From: PVC group bacterium
GTDB lineage: Bacteria; Verrucomicrobiota; Kiritimatiellia; CAIKKV01; CAITUY01
Direction: 5' to 3'
Assembly (NCBI GenBank): GCA_945890715.1
Contig: CAMDCX010000003.1
Location: 7,906 to 71,905, forward strand
Length of the DNA: 64,000 nucleotides
Below, one piece after another: positions 1-9,356 of the stretch. The notes beneath the pieces are model-generated. The model saw nothing but the letters and a program-made list of their open reading frames with translations. It made no database searches and was not told where the DNA came from. The first letter of the stretch is position 1, and the number at the start of each line of letters is the position of its first letter. Made by a program: the position numbers and the translations under genes.

Positions 1-443
1 CCCTGAATAATCAAAGCCTGCCGTCCGCCCTCTCCCTCAATGACATCCTTCAAGAGCGCCGGATCCGGCTTCTCATCAGATCGGGCATAATCAATCGCCG
101 AAACGGCAACCTCTGAAAAAGCGCAAGGCTTGTACCCGCAGGCGGATCGGGCATCAACCCACTCGCCCGTCTCAAGTTTGTCAAGAACGTCATCTCGAAG
201 CGCAGGCGGAACCACCTGACTACGACGCAAAATAACGAAAAAGTATATCACCAGCGCCAGGCCGACTACCGACATCAGTCCAAGCACCACCATCACCGCC
301 CCCCCCCGGCTCACCATATCCAACAAAGGAACCTGTTGAGTGGCCAGAAGGTCATCCTTACCAGCCCCCTGTGAAAAGACGGCCGCAGACGATGCAAAAA
401 ACACAACGACAAGCATTGAGAAAACTTTTTTTATTTTGTTCAT
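1..443 (-). CDS. MotA/TolQ/ExbB proton channel family protein (5' part; runs off the window)
   Basis: Manual translation from ATG at 443: MNKIKKVFSMLVVVFFASSAAVFSQ (signal-like), GGAVMVVLGLMSVVGLALVIYFF (TM), then RRSQVVPP...IEGEG, a typical ExbB/TolQ pattern. Not in the ORF track. Confidence 0.75.
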   Translation of the reverse strand, partial: MNKIKKVFSMLVVVFFASSAAVFSQGAGKDDLLATQQVPLLDMVSRGGAVMVVLGLMSVVGLALVIYFFVILRRSQVVPPALRDDVLDKLETGEWVDARSACGYKPCAFSEVAVSAIDYARSDEKPDPALLKDVIEGEGGRQALIIQ

Positions 444-497
444 GGTTTCCCTTCCTCTGTTTCACTGACTTGAAAAGCATTGCCCTCAAGGGCTTTG

Positions 498-1886
498 TCA
501 CTCCACCGGGTACTTAATCCCCATGAGTTTCGTCACAGCCTTGCAATGGGCGGACCACTCCTCGTTATGCCATTCCCGACCTGCCTTGATTCGCTCCCCA
601 TACCACCCAAAGTCAAGCCCGTTGGGCGCACCCCAATGCGTTTTCTTCAACACCGACTCGACCGCATCCATCGTCTCCAATTCGTCCAAATTGGCCTTGA
701 TATAGTTGTAGGCATCCCGGAACGGCATGCCCCGCCCCACCAACTCCAGCGCGCGATCAGTGGCAAAAACGCCGGGCGAAAAACTTTTGAGCAACGCCCC
801 GGGATTGACCTCCATTCGTTCCGTCATCTGCGCCATGCTTCGCAGACAGGATCGGGTTGTGGCAACACCCTCCATGAAGGGACCCTTGGTTTCCTGAAGG
901 TCGCGGTTATACCCACTGGGCAGGCTTCGGGCAATGTCCATCACGGCCAGTTCGCAGGCCATCACTCGAGCCACACGAGCCCGAACCAACTCCACCACAT
1001 CGGGATTATTCTTCTGCGGCATGATACTGCTTCCCGTGCCGTATTCCGCCGGCAAAGTGAAATATCCGAATTCGGGCATGGTGAACAGCATCAGATCCTG
1101 CGCCAGGCGGGACAGCGAAAGCATCACCTGCGTCATCGCCTGAAGAATCAGCGTCTCGATCTTTCCGCGGGCATTGTTGGCATACAAGACATTGTGAACC
1201 GGGCGACTAAACCCGAGTAGGCGCGCGGTGAGCACCCGGTCAATCGGAAGCGGGACGCCATAACTGGCCGCCGAACCAAGCGGACACTGGTCATTCAAGT
1301 CATACACCGCCATCAGCAAAGCGACATCGTCAAGCAGACTCTCCGCATGCGCCGACGCCCATAACCCCACCGAACTGGGCATGGCTGGTTGCATATGCGT
1401 TCGCCCGACCATGGGAACCGTCTCGTGCCGCTTGGCAAATCCCACCAGAACGGCCGCTAGCGCCAGAGTTTCAGATACCGCTCCAATTAACTCTTCCCGG
1501 GCAAATAAACGAAGATCCACCGCAACCTGGTCGTTCCGACTACGACCCGTGTGAATCTTTTTGCCCAAATCTCCCAGCTTCGCAGTGAGAATCCGCTCCA
1601 CGGCCAAGTGAACATCCTGATCGTCCAGGGAAATCGAAAACTGCCCCGCTGCCGCGCGCTGCATGATGGATCCCAATTCCCGAATCACAGCCTTGCACTC
1701 GGCTCCGGTGATCACCTTCGGACGGATTGGCATTCGCGAAAGCATGGTGACATGGGCGGCCGATCCAATACAGTCAGCTTGAACCAACGCCAAGTCAAGT
1801 TGCAGGTCACTTCCGGCGGTAAAATCAAGAACAGAGGGATCAATTGAGCCCACCGTAGTTTTGCGTGTCATCTTACGAGATGTCAT
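498..1886 (-). CDS. argH: argininosuccinate lyase
   Basis: HTGRSRNDQ, GRTHMQPA, GSSIMPQKNNPD and YNRDLQE motifs. Confidence 0.96.
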   Translation of the reverse strand: MTSRKMTRKTTVGSIDPSVLDFTAGSDLQLDLALVQADCIGSAAHVTMLSRMPIRPKVITGAECKAVIRELGSIMQRAAAGQFSISLDDQDVHLAVERILTAKLGDLGKKIHTGRSRNDQVAVDLRLFAREELIGAVSETLALAAVLVGFAKRHETVPMVGRTHMQPAMPSSVGLWASAHAESLLDDVALLMAVYDLNDQCPLGSAASYGVPLPIDRVLTARLLGFSRPVHNVLYANNARGKIETLILQAMTQVMLSLSRLAQDLMLFTMPEFGYFTLPAEYGTGSSIMPQKNNPDVVELVRARVARVMACELAVMDIARSLPSGYNRDLQETKGPFMEGVATTRSCLRSMAQMTERMEVNPGALLKSFSPGVFATDRALELVGRGMPFRDAYNYIKANLDELETMDAVESVLKKTHWGAPNGLDFGWYGERIKAGREWHNEEWSAHCKAVTKLMGIKYPVE

Positions 1887-1915
1887 GGAATCTTTTCCTC
1901 TGCTGACCCGGATTT

Positions 1916-3187
1916 TCAGGGCTTCTGGTATCGTTTCTCAGCGTCGTCAATATAGGACTCTATTTTACTTTTTTCAAGCTCGGGAACCAACCCCTCCCCG
2001 GGCCTCGGATTCTGATCTCGTCGCTTCCCGTCCATATCCCGCTCCACTTCATCAAGATAGGCTTCGCGGGAACGGGTCAGGGCTTCCAACTGTTTCAGGG
2101 CGGATTCAGCCCGGCTTAATCGCCATTTCAAGATCGGGGTCCAGGCTCCAGAAACCACTCCCTCGTAAAAACGGCCATACAAATTGGCAATCGCCCCCAG
2201 TTCCGGAGCCTTTCCCATCGTGACCATCTGAAGCCGCTCCATCTTAAGGGCTGCCCCGTTCGCGACAGCAACGGGCCATTTCTTCCGCGCCTCCATGATT
2301 TCACGGGGTTGGAGGCACACTGGTTCCGGGGTATTGAATTCCATGGGCAACTCCGCCTTCACCTGATCAATCAGGGCTAGAGAAAGCCCGCCAAATTCCT
2401 GAATGGCGAGACCCTGCCGCTGCCGCCACTCCTTCCACTGGACTTCCATCCCTGCCACGGACTCCATCTGAACGCCCGCCACGGCAAGCCATTCCGGAGA
2501 TATCGCCTCCTGTCGCACCACTCGCTCCAGAACCCGGTCGAGGGCCTCGGGAACAGAATTGATCCACGCCACCAGAAGCCCGCACAGCGCCTGCCGACTA
2601 TGCCACCCCTCGGGAAGGTGTTTCCACCCCATCACGGCCGAGGCAGGGGTTGTCCCCAAGTCCACTCCGGAAACCTTCAGGATTTTTCGATTCATGGCCA
2701 CTTGTTCCTTGTTCAGATTCCGGGCAAGTCCCACGCTCAACCACCGGGGAATCTCAGGAATAACAGCGGGCAACTCCGCCTCACGACGGCGACGATCCAC
2801 AATTCCCGTCAGAATCAACCGGATCAACCCTTCCTGAATCAGGTCGTAATCCACTGTGCCCGTCCGGGACAGGATAAGGTCGCGCTTCAACACCTCTCCG
2901 TTTCGTGAGCAGGATACGGATACGGGTCCGGACTCCTCCAGGACAATTTCGATTACGTTCCGACGCTCCGAAGAAATGGGCATTCCCAGAAACCGCTCGA
3001 ACTGAAGGGTCATGTCTTCAGCCCAGCGAGTATAATTGGTATTTTCGAGAGTATCTGATCCCACCACCCGGTAGCGGCCTGAGGCACTCAGGGTTACAAC
3101 CGGAACGGAAAATGCAGAAGGCACCCATAAAAGCAGGAGGCAGGCGGTGAACCATTGACTATTCAGCATCGGGAATTGAAAACTCAC
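1916..3187 (-). CDS. exported hypothetical protein, possibly a degenerate peptidase MA-like fold
   Basis: 423-aa ORF with signal-like N-terminus (CLLLLWVPSAFS); IPRWLSVGLA resembles the PxWxxEGxA motif; overlaps the upstream gene by 4 nt. Confidence 0.55.
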   Translation of the reverse strand: MSFQFPMLNSQWFTACLLLLWVPSAFSVPVVTLSASGRYRVVGSDTLENTNYTRWAEDMTLQFERFLGMPISSERRNVIEIVLEESGPVSVSCSRNGEVLKRDLILSRTGTVDYDLIQEGLIRLILTGIVDRRRREAELPAVIPEIPRWLSVGLARNLNKEQVAMNRKILKVSGVDLGTTPASAVMGWKHLPEGWHSRQALCGLLVAWINSVPEALDRVLERVVRQEAISPEWLAVAGVQMESVAGMEVQWKEWRQRQGLAIQEFGGLSLALIDQVKAELPMEFNTPEPVCLQPREIMEARKKWPVAVANGAALKMERLQMVTMGKAPELGAIANLYGRFYEGVVSGAWTPILKWRLSRAESALKQLEALTRSREAYLDEVERDMDGKRRDQNPRPGEGLVPELEKSKIESYIDDAEKRYQKP

Positions 3188-3885
3188 GGAGCCAGCACCA
3201 GGGTGACCTTGGTGTCCTCGATCGCAACATTCTTCAGGAATGAAACCACTCGCTTTTCTCCGGTGATATCTGAAAACAAAGACCCAAAATAATCGATCAC
3301 AACATTTTTCGAGGATCCAGGCAGCGGAAGATGTCCGACTCGAGCCCGCTCAATCATCAAGACCCCGGCTTGAAATCCCGCCCGCATGTCCATGGTAACG
3401 GGAATCTTCACTTTAGCCAACCAGGCGATGTTCGTGGTCGGCACCCAGTCAAATCCTGCATAAAGGTCAAACATGCCCGTCTTGAGGTCAATGATCAATT
3501 TCCCGGCCTTTCGGGACTTGGCCCGTTCCGTCAGAAATCCATTCAACTCCGCTTCCGTCAGGTCGATTTTGATTTCACGATTGTAGGACAACGCGGTTCG
3601 GGCCGCCTTTGCCTTGATCGGGATCTGGACCGAACCCGCGGCCTCGAAAAAGACAGGAGGTGCTTTGACCGGCCAGAGAATCGCCCCCGCCAATCCACCC
3701 ACACTCAGGATCAGCACTCCCATCAACAAAACCCGGATCCATTTCCCATAATCAACTTCCCGCCGGGCATTCAAATCCGTCATGGATGTATCCTGCAGAT
3801 TAAGCTTCTGTCCGCACGATGAGCAAAACACACGTCCCAGTTCATTTTGAAAACCACACTTTGAACACTCGATGCGAATAGCCAT
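3184..3885 (-). CDS. zinc-ribbon membrane-anchored hypothetical protein
   Basis: N-terminal CSKC...CSSC, one TM helix (WIRVLLMGVLILSVGGLAGAILWP), C-terminal LTEAELNGFL domain. Confidence 0.7.
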   Translation of the reverse strand: MAIRIECSKCGFQNELGRVFCSSCGQKLNLQDTSMTDLNARREVDYGKWIRVLLMGVLILSVGGLAGAILWPVKAPPVFFEAAGSVQIPIKAKAARTALSYNREIKIDLTEAELNGFLTERAKSRKAGKLIIDLKTGMFDLYAGFDWVPTTNIAWLAKVKIPVTMDMRAGFQAGVLMIERARVGHLPLPGSSKNVVIDYFGSLFSDITGEKRVVSFLKNVAIEDTKVTLVLAP

Positions 3886-3908
3886 GGCGGTCCTTTCGAG
3901 CCTCGGGA

Positions 3909-4142
3909 TTATTTTTTACTCTCGGTCGATCCGGAGTCGGCGCTGGCGCCACTCTTGTAACTGGAACTCCGGTAGTCGGTTTGATAAAAACCCGATCCTT
4001 TGAAAATAATCCCGGACCCGGAGCCCATTAATCGCTTCACAGTTCCCTTGCATGTGGGACAACGCTTTAGTTTCGCGTCTTTGATATTCTGAAAGACTTC
4101 AAAATGGCCGCATTTCTTACATTCATAATCATAGGTCGGCAT
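3909..4142 (-). CDS. FmdB family zinc-ribbon regulatory protein
   Basis: MPTYDYECKKC...CPTC...IIFKGSGFYQTDY signature. Confidence 0.9.
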   Translation of the reverse strand: MPTYDYECKKCGHFEVFQNIKDAKLKRCPTCKGTVKRLMGSGSGIIFKGSGFYQTDYRSSSYKSGASADSGSTESKK

Positions 4143-4169
4143 AGTAACTCCAATTCAGAAAAGGCCTAA

Positions 4170-4198
4170 ATCGTATCGGCGAAGCTCCGTCCTGTCAA
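4170..4198 (-). promoter_or_regulatory. sigma70-type promoter upstream of the FmdB-like gene
   Basis: TTGACA-N17-TACGAT on the minus strand. Confidence 0.6.
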
Positions 4199-4254
4199 TG
4201 CTTCGAGAAAAACGGAGATACGGGAAACAGGAAGCATTCGCAGCCCGAAAAAGC

Positions 4255-4923
4255 CTATCCATTGACGTGAAGCCGATGAAGAATCTGCTCCACAACCTGG
4301 TCAATGGAAAGGCCGGTTGTATCGACCACCTGGGCGTCGGGGGCAAGCTTAAGGGGAGCGGTTTTCCGCCCGGAATCACGCTGATCGCGTGTTTTTAGGG
4401 AATCCATGACCCGGTTGACATCCGCCGTTTCTCCGGCGGGCTTAAGTTCCGCATGACGGCGCCGGGCACGCTCCTCGGGACTTGCATCGAGATAAAACTT
4501 GGCGTCAGCCCCGGGAAACACCACCGTTCCAATATCGCGCCCTTCCATCACCAGATCTCCAAATTCGGCCATAGCCTGAAGCCATTGCGTCACCTGCGTC
4601 CTCACTTCAGGAATTGCCGCCACCCAGCTGACCTGTTCGCTGACGCGTTCGGTTCGAATCTCGGCCCGGGGCTCGACCCCATCAATCCGGTACCGCACCG
4701 CGCCCGCCTCGACAAAAAACACAACCTTCATGCAACCCATGGCGGCCACAACAGCCGCCGACTGCGCAGGGTCACAGCCCATCCCGGCGGCTTTCCAGGC
4801 AATCCCCCGGTACAAGGCGCCGGAATCCACATAGTGATACCCAAGCCCCGCCGCCACCTTTCGCGCCACGGTCGATTTCCCGGAGGCCGACGGCCCGTCA
4901 ATTGCAATCACTTTATTCGGCAT
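4255..4923 (-). CDS. cmk: cytidylate kinase
   Basis: IAIDGPSASGKST, DSGALYR and MEGRDIGTVVFP; start taken at MPNK, overlapping the aroA stop. Confidence 0.95.
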   Translation of the reverse strand: MPNKVIAIDGPSASGKSTVARKVAAGLGYHYVDSGALYRGIAWKAAGMGCDPAQSAAVVAAMGCMKVVFFVEAGAVRYRIDGVEPRAEIRTERVSEQVSWVAAIPEVRTQVTQWLQAMAEFGDLVMEGRDIGTVVFPGADAKFYLDASPEERARRRHAELKPAGETADVNRVMDSLKTRDQRDSGRKTAPLKLAPDAQVVDTTGLSIDQVVEQILHRLHVNG

Positions 4924-6238
4924 GGCCGCCAACCTTTCGAAAATCATCCCAGAATTCCGGATAGGATTTGTTCACACAGGCAATATCGTCAAATCGCACG
5001 GGTGCGTCCGCAGTCATGGCAAGAATGGTCATCGCCATCGGAAGACGATGATCGCCGTAACTGTCAATCGACACTCCACCCCGCACCGTCGCCGGGCCCT
5101 CAATAACCATCCCGTCGGGTCGCTCTTCCACCTTGACCCCCATCCGGGTAAGATTGTCTACCACACTGCGGATCCGGTCGGATTCCTTGACCCGCAACTC
5201 GGCAGCGTCCCGGATAACCGTACGCCCCTCTGCGAGCGCACCGGCGACAGCGACCAGCGGAAGTTCATCAATCAAGTCAGGAATCTCAGCCCCGCAGATC
5301 TCAGTTCCCCGAAGCCGCCGCCCCTCGACGCGAATCGTGCCCATGTCCTCACAGGCTGTGGCATCAGTGCTTGCCTCAAAATGAATGGAAGCCCCCATGC
5401 GCCGCAAAACCGAAACCAGGGCATTCCGGCGGGGATTCCAGCCCACACCGGGCAACTCAACCGACCATCCCTCTCGGCAGGCTGCGGCCGTCATCCAGAA
5501 TGCGGCGGAGGAAATATCGCCAGGCACATTCCAAGCGCGAGCCTGGATTTTCGGGCCTGCAGCGCCACAGCCCTTCAGGGAAACCCGAAGGCCATCCACC
5601 CTGACCGGGATACCCATCGCCATCAGCAGTCGCTCCGTATGGTCACGCGTGGGACTGGCCTCCACAACCGTGGTCCGCCCTTCTGCAAACAAGCCGGCAA
5701 ACAGCACGCAGGACTTCACCTGAGCCGAGGCGACCGGCGGGGCATACTCGATCCCACGCAGGGTTCCGCCCGTGATCCGGATCGGTGCGCACCCGTTATT
5801 CCCCAACAAATCAACAGCGGCTCCCATCCGGATCAATGGTTCGGAAATACGGCGCATGGGACGCGAGCGCAAGGAAGCATCCCCGGTCATTTCGGTGGTG
5901 AAAGTCTGTCCAGCCAGCAATCCGGCCAACAACCGGATACCGGTTCCTGAATTTCCCATATCCAATACTCCGGCAGGGCAATGAAACAATCCCCCGGTTC
6001 CCGTGATCCGGAGCTCATCCCCCATGAATTCAGCGTGGGCTCCCAGCCGGGTCATGGCCTCAAGAATCGTCACGCAGTCCTCACTCCGGAGAAACCCCCG
6101 AACCGTCGAGGTGCCTGAAGCCAAGGATGCAAGCATGGCAATCCGGTGCGAAATACTCTTGTCTCCCGGAACCGACAAAACGCCGCGCATAGGCGGGCAA
6201 GGCGAGACCGTGATGCTCTTGGACTGTTGTGCGCTCAT
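4913..6238 (-). CDS. aroA: 3-phosphoshikimate 1-carboxyvinyltransferase (EPSP synthase, class II-like)
   Basis: PGDKSISHR, GNSGT, ASAQVKS, RDHTE, RVKESDR and DHR motifs. Confidence 0.96.
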   Translation of the reverse strand: MSAQQSKSITVSPCPPMRGVLSVPGDKSISHRIAMLASLASGTSTVRGFLRSEDCVTILEAMTRLGAHAEFMGDELRITGTGGLFHCPAGVLDMGNSGTGIRLLAGLLAGQTFTTEMTGDASLRSRPMRRISEPLIRMGAAVDLLGNNGCAPIRITGGTLRGIEYAPPVASAQVKSCVLFAGLFAEGRTTVVEASPTRDHTERLLMAMGIPVRVDGLRVSLKGCGAAGPKIQARAWNVPGDISSAAFWMTAAACREGWSVELPGVGWNPRRNALVSVLRRMGASIHFEASTDATACEDMGTIRVEGRRLRGTEICGAEIPDLIDELPLVAVAGALAEGRTVIRDAAELRVKESDRIRSVVDNLTRMGVKVEERPDGMVIEGPATVRGGVSIDSYGDHRLPMAMTILAMTADAPVRFDDIACVNKSYPEFWDDFRKVGGHAE

Positions 6239-6325
6239 AAAAAGTGCCGCCACTTTAACGAGCGGAAGAGGCAAGATCAAATTCAAATCACCCCTCTCCA
6301 CGCTTGGCATGAAAACCGGCGGGCG

Positions 6326-7366
6326 TTACCGGGCCAGTTGTCCGCAGGCGGCCTGGATGTCGGCACCCAGCGAATGGCGACGCGTTGCCTTGAACCCGGC
6401 TTTCTTTAGTTCCGCCAGGAATTCCCCTACCCGCTGCTCCTGAGACCCGCGCAGAACCTGTCCCGCAACAACCGGCGCAGGGCCGGGTGCCGGATTATAA
6501 GGGATCAGGTTTACATGCACTTGCAATCCGGTCAGCCATTCCTTTAGCCCCGCACAATCAGCATCCGTATCCGTCAATCCCTCCAGCATCAGAATCTCGA
6601 TCATCACCGGTTGACCGTGAACTGTATTCCGCTCCAGGATTGCCTCACGAAGTTCCGGGAGCGGCCATTGGCGGCAAAACGGCATCAGTTCATCGCGGAT
6701 ACCCTGCCGCACGCTGTGCAGACTCACGGCAAGCCCGACCGAGGGAAAGCACGAGGACAGACGGCGTATGCCCTCCGGGATCCCAAGCGTGGAAACCAGA
6801 AGATGCCGGCCCGAAAGATGAAATCCGCCCGGGCTACTCAACTGCTCCAGCGCCGGGAACACGTTCTCCATGTTGTGAAAGGGCTCACCCATTCCCATAA
6901 AAACCACATTCCTGAGACGGCGTCCCTCCGCCTGAAGCATTTCCCCCGTCTGGACAATCTGATCCAGAATTTCCGCCGGGGTGAGGTTACGAACATCCTT
7001 CAGTCTTCCGGTGGCGCAGAACAGGCATCCCGCAACGCACCCGGTCTGTGATGACACGCATACTGAGGATCGACCGGTCTTGATGCGAAGCAGAACGCTT
7101 TCGATACGGCGGTCATCCCGGGTTTTGAACAACACCTTGCTGGCTCCATCCAAAACCGAATGAAGGGTTTCAATCCGCTCCAGTTCATGGAATCTCACCG
7201 CCGTGCTCACTTCGGATCGCATCCCTTCCGGCACCTCGCCGAGGGCGGCATCCTGACCTGAAAAAGAACGGAGAAAAACGGCTCGCACGCGCCGGATCAC
7301 CTGCGGGTCAAGCCGGAGCCGACGCCTCAGCGCTTCTAGTCCAACTTGGTCGACAAAGGAAATCAC
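6326..7366 (-). CDS. rlmN: RlmN-family radical SAM RNA methyltransferase (possibly a paralog)
   Basis: CVSSQTGCVAGCLFCATG (CxxxCxxC), VFMGMGEP, C-terminal IQAACGQL. Confidence 0.8.
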   Translation of the reverse strand: MISFVDQVGLEALRRRLRLDPQVIRRVRAVFLRSFSGQDAALGEVPEGMRSEVSTAVRFHELERIETLHSVLDGASKVLFKTRDDRRIESVLLRIKTGRSSVCVSSQTGCVAGCLFCATGRLKDVRNLTPAEILDQIVQTGEMLQAEGRRLRNVVFMGMGEPFHNMENVFPALEQLSSPGGFHLSGRHLLVSTLGIPEGIRRLSSCFPSVGLAVSLHSVRQGIRDELMPFCRQWPLPELREAILERNTVHGQPVMIEILMLEGLTDTDADCAGLKEWLTGLQVHVNLIPYNPAPGPAPVVAGQVLRGSQEQRVGEFLAELKKAGFKATRRHSLGADIQAACGQLAR

Positions 7367-9276
7367 TGTTCAAAATAGGTGTAACCGCGAATACCGGCTT
7401 TGTAGTCCTTCAGAAACGCATTCTTTTCCTTGGCGGTGATGAAGCCGTGCTTATAGGCCTTATCGGCACGCGACTTGATCGTCGCCACCATGCTTTCCGG
7501 GTCGTATTCCATGTACTTCAGAATTTCATCCACCCGATCCCCCGTGATCTGCTTGGCCGACTCAATACGGCCCTTGTCGTCAATCCTCACATGCAACACG
7601 TTTGTGTTCCCCAGAAGATTATGCATATCCCCGATGGTTTCCTGATAAGCACCCGTCAGAAAAATGCCCATATAGTATTCTCGTCCATCCCATTCATGGA
7701 GCGGCAGGACATGCTTGATATCGTGCAAATCAATGAACTTGTCGATCTTTCCATCCGAATCGCAGGTGATGTCCGCCAAAACCCCTTTGCGGGTCGGGCG
7801 CTGGCTGAGCCGGTGGATCGGCATAATCGGGAACAACTGATCAACGGCCCAGAAATCCGGAATGGACTGAAATACACTGAAGTTCCCGTAATACACGTCG
7901 GCAATTGCGGAATCCAGACCCTCGAGTTCGTCGGGAATATACTTGCGTCCCCGCGTCATTTCGGACATCTGGCAGACGATGTGCCAGAAAATCGTTTCCG
8001 CCAGAGCCCGTTCGCGGAGCGAGATCGTTCCGTGAAGGAACAGGGTGCGCAGTTCGTCGCGATAGAACACGGCATCATGATAAGCCTCCTGCATGTTCCG
8101 GGGGGAAAGGGAATGGCAAACTTCCATCAGGTTTTGAAGCATCTCATGGGCATTCACATCCAGTTTCTCTGGAATGTTGAGGGGCTCGAAACGACGCACA
8201 TCCAGAATGTTGAAAATCAAAACCGAGTGATGCGCCACCGTGGCGCGCCCGGACTCGGTAATGAGTGTGGGATGCGGCACCCCACACTCATCAAGGGTAT
8301 TCATGATCGTCTCGACCACCGTGGACGCATATTCGGCAGTAGAGTAATTGGTGCTACAGGCGAAATTGGTGTGGGAACCATCATAGTCCACGGCCAACCC
8401 TCCGCCCATATTCAGAATCCCCATTCCCGCCCCCTCACGAACGAGCTCAACATAGAAACGGCAGGCTTCCCGCAGCGCGGTACGCACCCTGCGGATGTCC
8501 GACACCTGGCTACCCAGATGGTAGTGCAGCATCTGCAGACAGTCCAACCTGTCGCGCTGACGCAACTGATCGACCATCTCTATGATCTGACTGGCATCGA
8601 GACCAAACTTGCTACGATCCCCACCCGACGAATCCCAATGCCCGCCGGCCCGACTCGACAACTTAGCGCGCACTCCCAGTACAGGCCGGATATCCAGACG
8701 CTCCGCTCGAGACAAAACAAGCTCCAGTTCACTGGGCATTTCTATAACCAGCACGGTGCGGGTCCCCATCTTCAAAGCCTGGAGAGCCATGTCGATGAAT
8801 TCCTCGTCCTTGTAGCCGTTGCAGATCACAAAGGCTTCCGGATCCTTCATGAGGGCGAGCGCGGCAATGAGCTCGGCCTTGCTGCCCGCCTCAATGCCGT
8901 GGTGATACTCACGCCCGTATTCCGTGATATCGCCCACCACGGCGTCCTGCTGATTCACCTTGATGGGGAAAACACCACGATACTGCCCCTGGTAGGCGGC
9001 ATCAAATATGGCCCACCGGAAACTCTCGTTGATCTCCTTGATGCGTGAGGCCAGGATGTTGGAAAAACGAATCAGAACGGGCATATTCAGCCCGCGCCCA
9101 TGACACTCGTCAATCAAGTGCATGAGACTGATTTCCGTGGGACTTTTCGGACCGTTCGGGCGAACCATGACTTCACCGCCGGGCGAGATGTCAAAATACC
9201 CCTGTCCCCAGTTCCGGATCCCGTACAATTCGGCGGAATTTTCCGCCGTCCACCGTGTCAATGCCTCATGCCTCAT
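7363..9276 (-). CDS. speA: biosynthetic arginine decarboxylase
   Basis: FPIKVNQ (PLP lysine), EAGSKAEL, HYHLGSQ, ESGRA, DITCDSDG, GAYQE. Confidence 0.95.
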   Translation of the reverse strand: MRHEALTRWTAENSAELYGIRNWGQGYFDISPGGEVMVRPNGPKSPTEISLMHLIDECHGRGLNMPVLIRFSNILASRIKEINESFRWAIFDAAYQGQYRGVFPIKVNQQDAVVGDITEYGREYHHGIEAGSKAELIAALALMKDPEAFVICNGYKDEEFIDMALQALKMGTRTVLVIEMPSELELVLSRAERLDIRPVLGVRAKLSSRAGGHWDSSGGDRSKFGLDASQIIEMVDQLRQRDRLDCLQMLHYHLGSQVSDIRRVRTALREACRFYVELVREGAGMGILNMGGGLAVDYDGSHTNFACSTNYSTAEYASTVVETIMNTLDECGVPHPTLITESGRATVAHHSVLIFNILDVRRFEPLNIPEKLDVNAHEMLQNLMEVCHSLSPRNMQEAYHDAVFYRDELRTLFLHGTISLRERALAETIFWHIVCQMSEMTRGRKYIPDELEGLDSAIADVYYGNFSVFQSIPDFWAVDQLFPIMPIHRLSQRPTRKGVLADITCDSDGKIDKFIDLHDIKHVLPLHEWDGREYYMGIFLTGAYQETIGDMHNLLGNTNVLHVRIDDKGRIESAKQITGDRVDEILKYMEYDPESMVATIKSRADKAYKHGFITAKEKNAFLKDYKAGIRGYTYFEQ

Positions 9277-9356
9277 TCCGTCGCCCTCCTACCAAGACAT
9301 CAAAGCCGGAACATAACATGAGACGGGGTGATGTACAGTGAAAATGAACCCCTCTT

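Noticed and set aside
3150-3187. Degenerate 7-mer repeat at the start of the 423-aa gene (SFQFPMLNSQW)
   Set aside because: Too degenerate to distinguish from chance without genome-wide counts.
6326-7366. Cfr-type antibiotic resistance methyltransferase
   Set aside because: The motifs are shared across RlmN/Cfr, there is no mobile context, and nothing visible specifically favours Cfr.
7447-9048. Long plus-strand ORFs antisense to real genes (e.g. 7447-9048, 40560-41756, 51246-52475, 53374-54612, 59107-60036)
   Set aside because: They are shadow ORFs produced by codon bias on the opposite strand of conserved genes and have no recognisable motifs.
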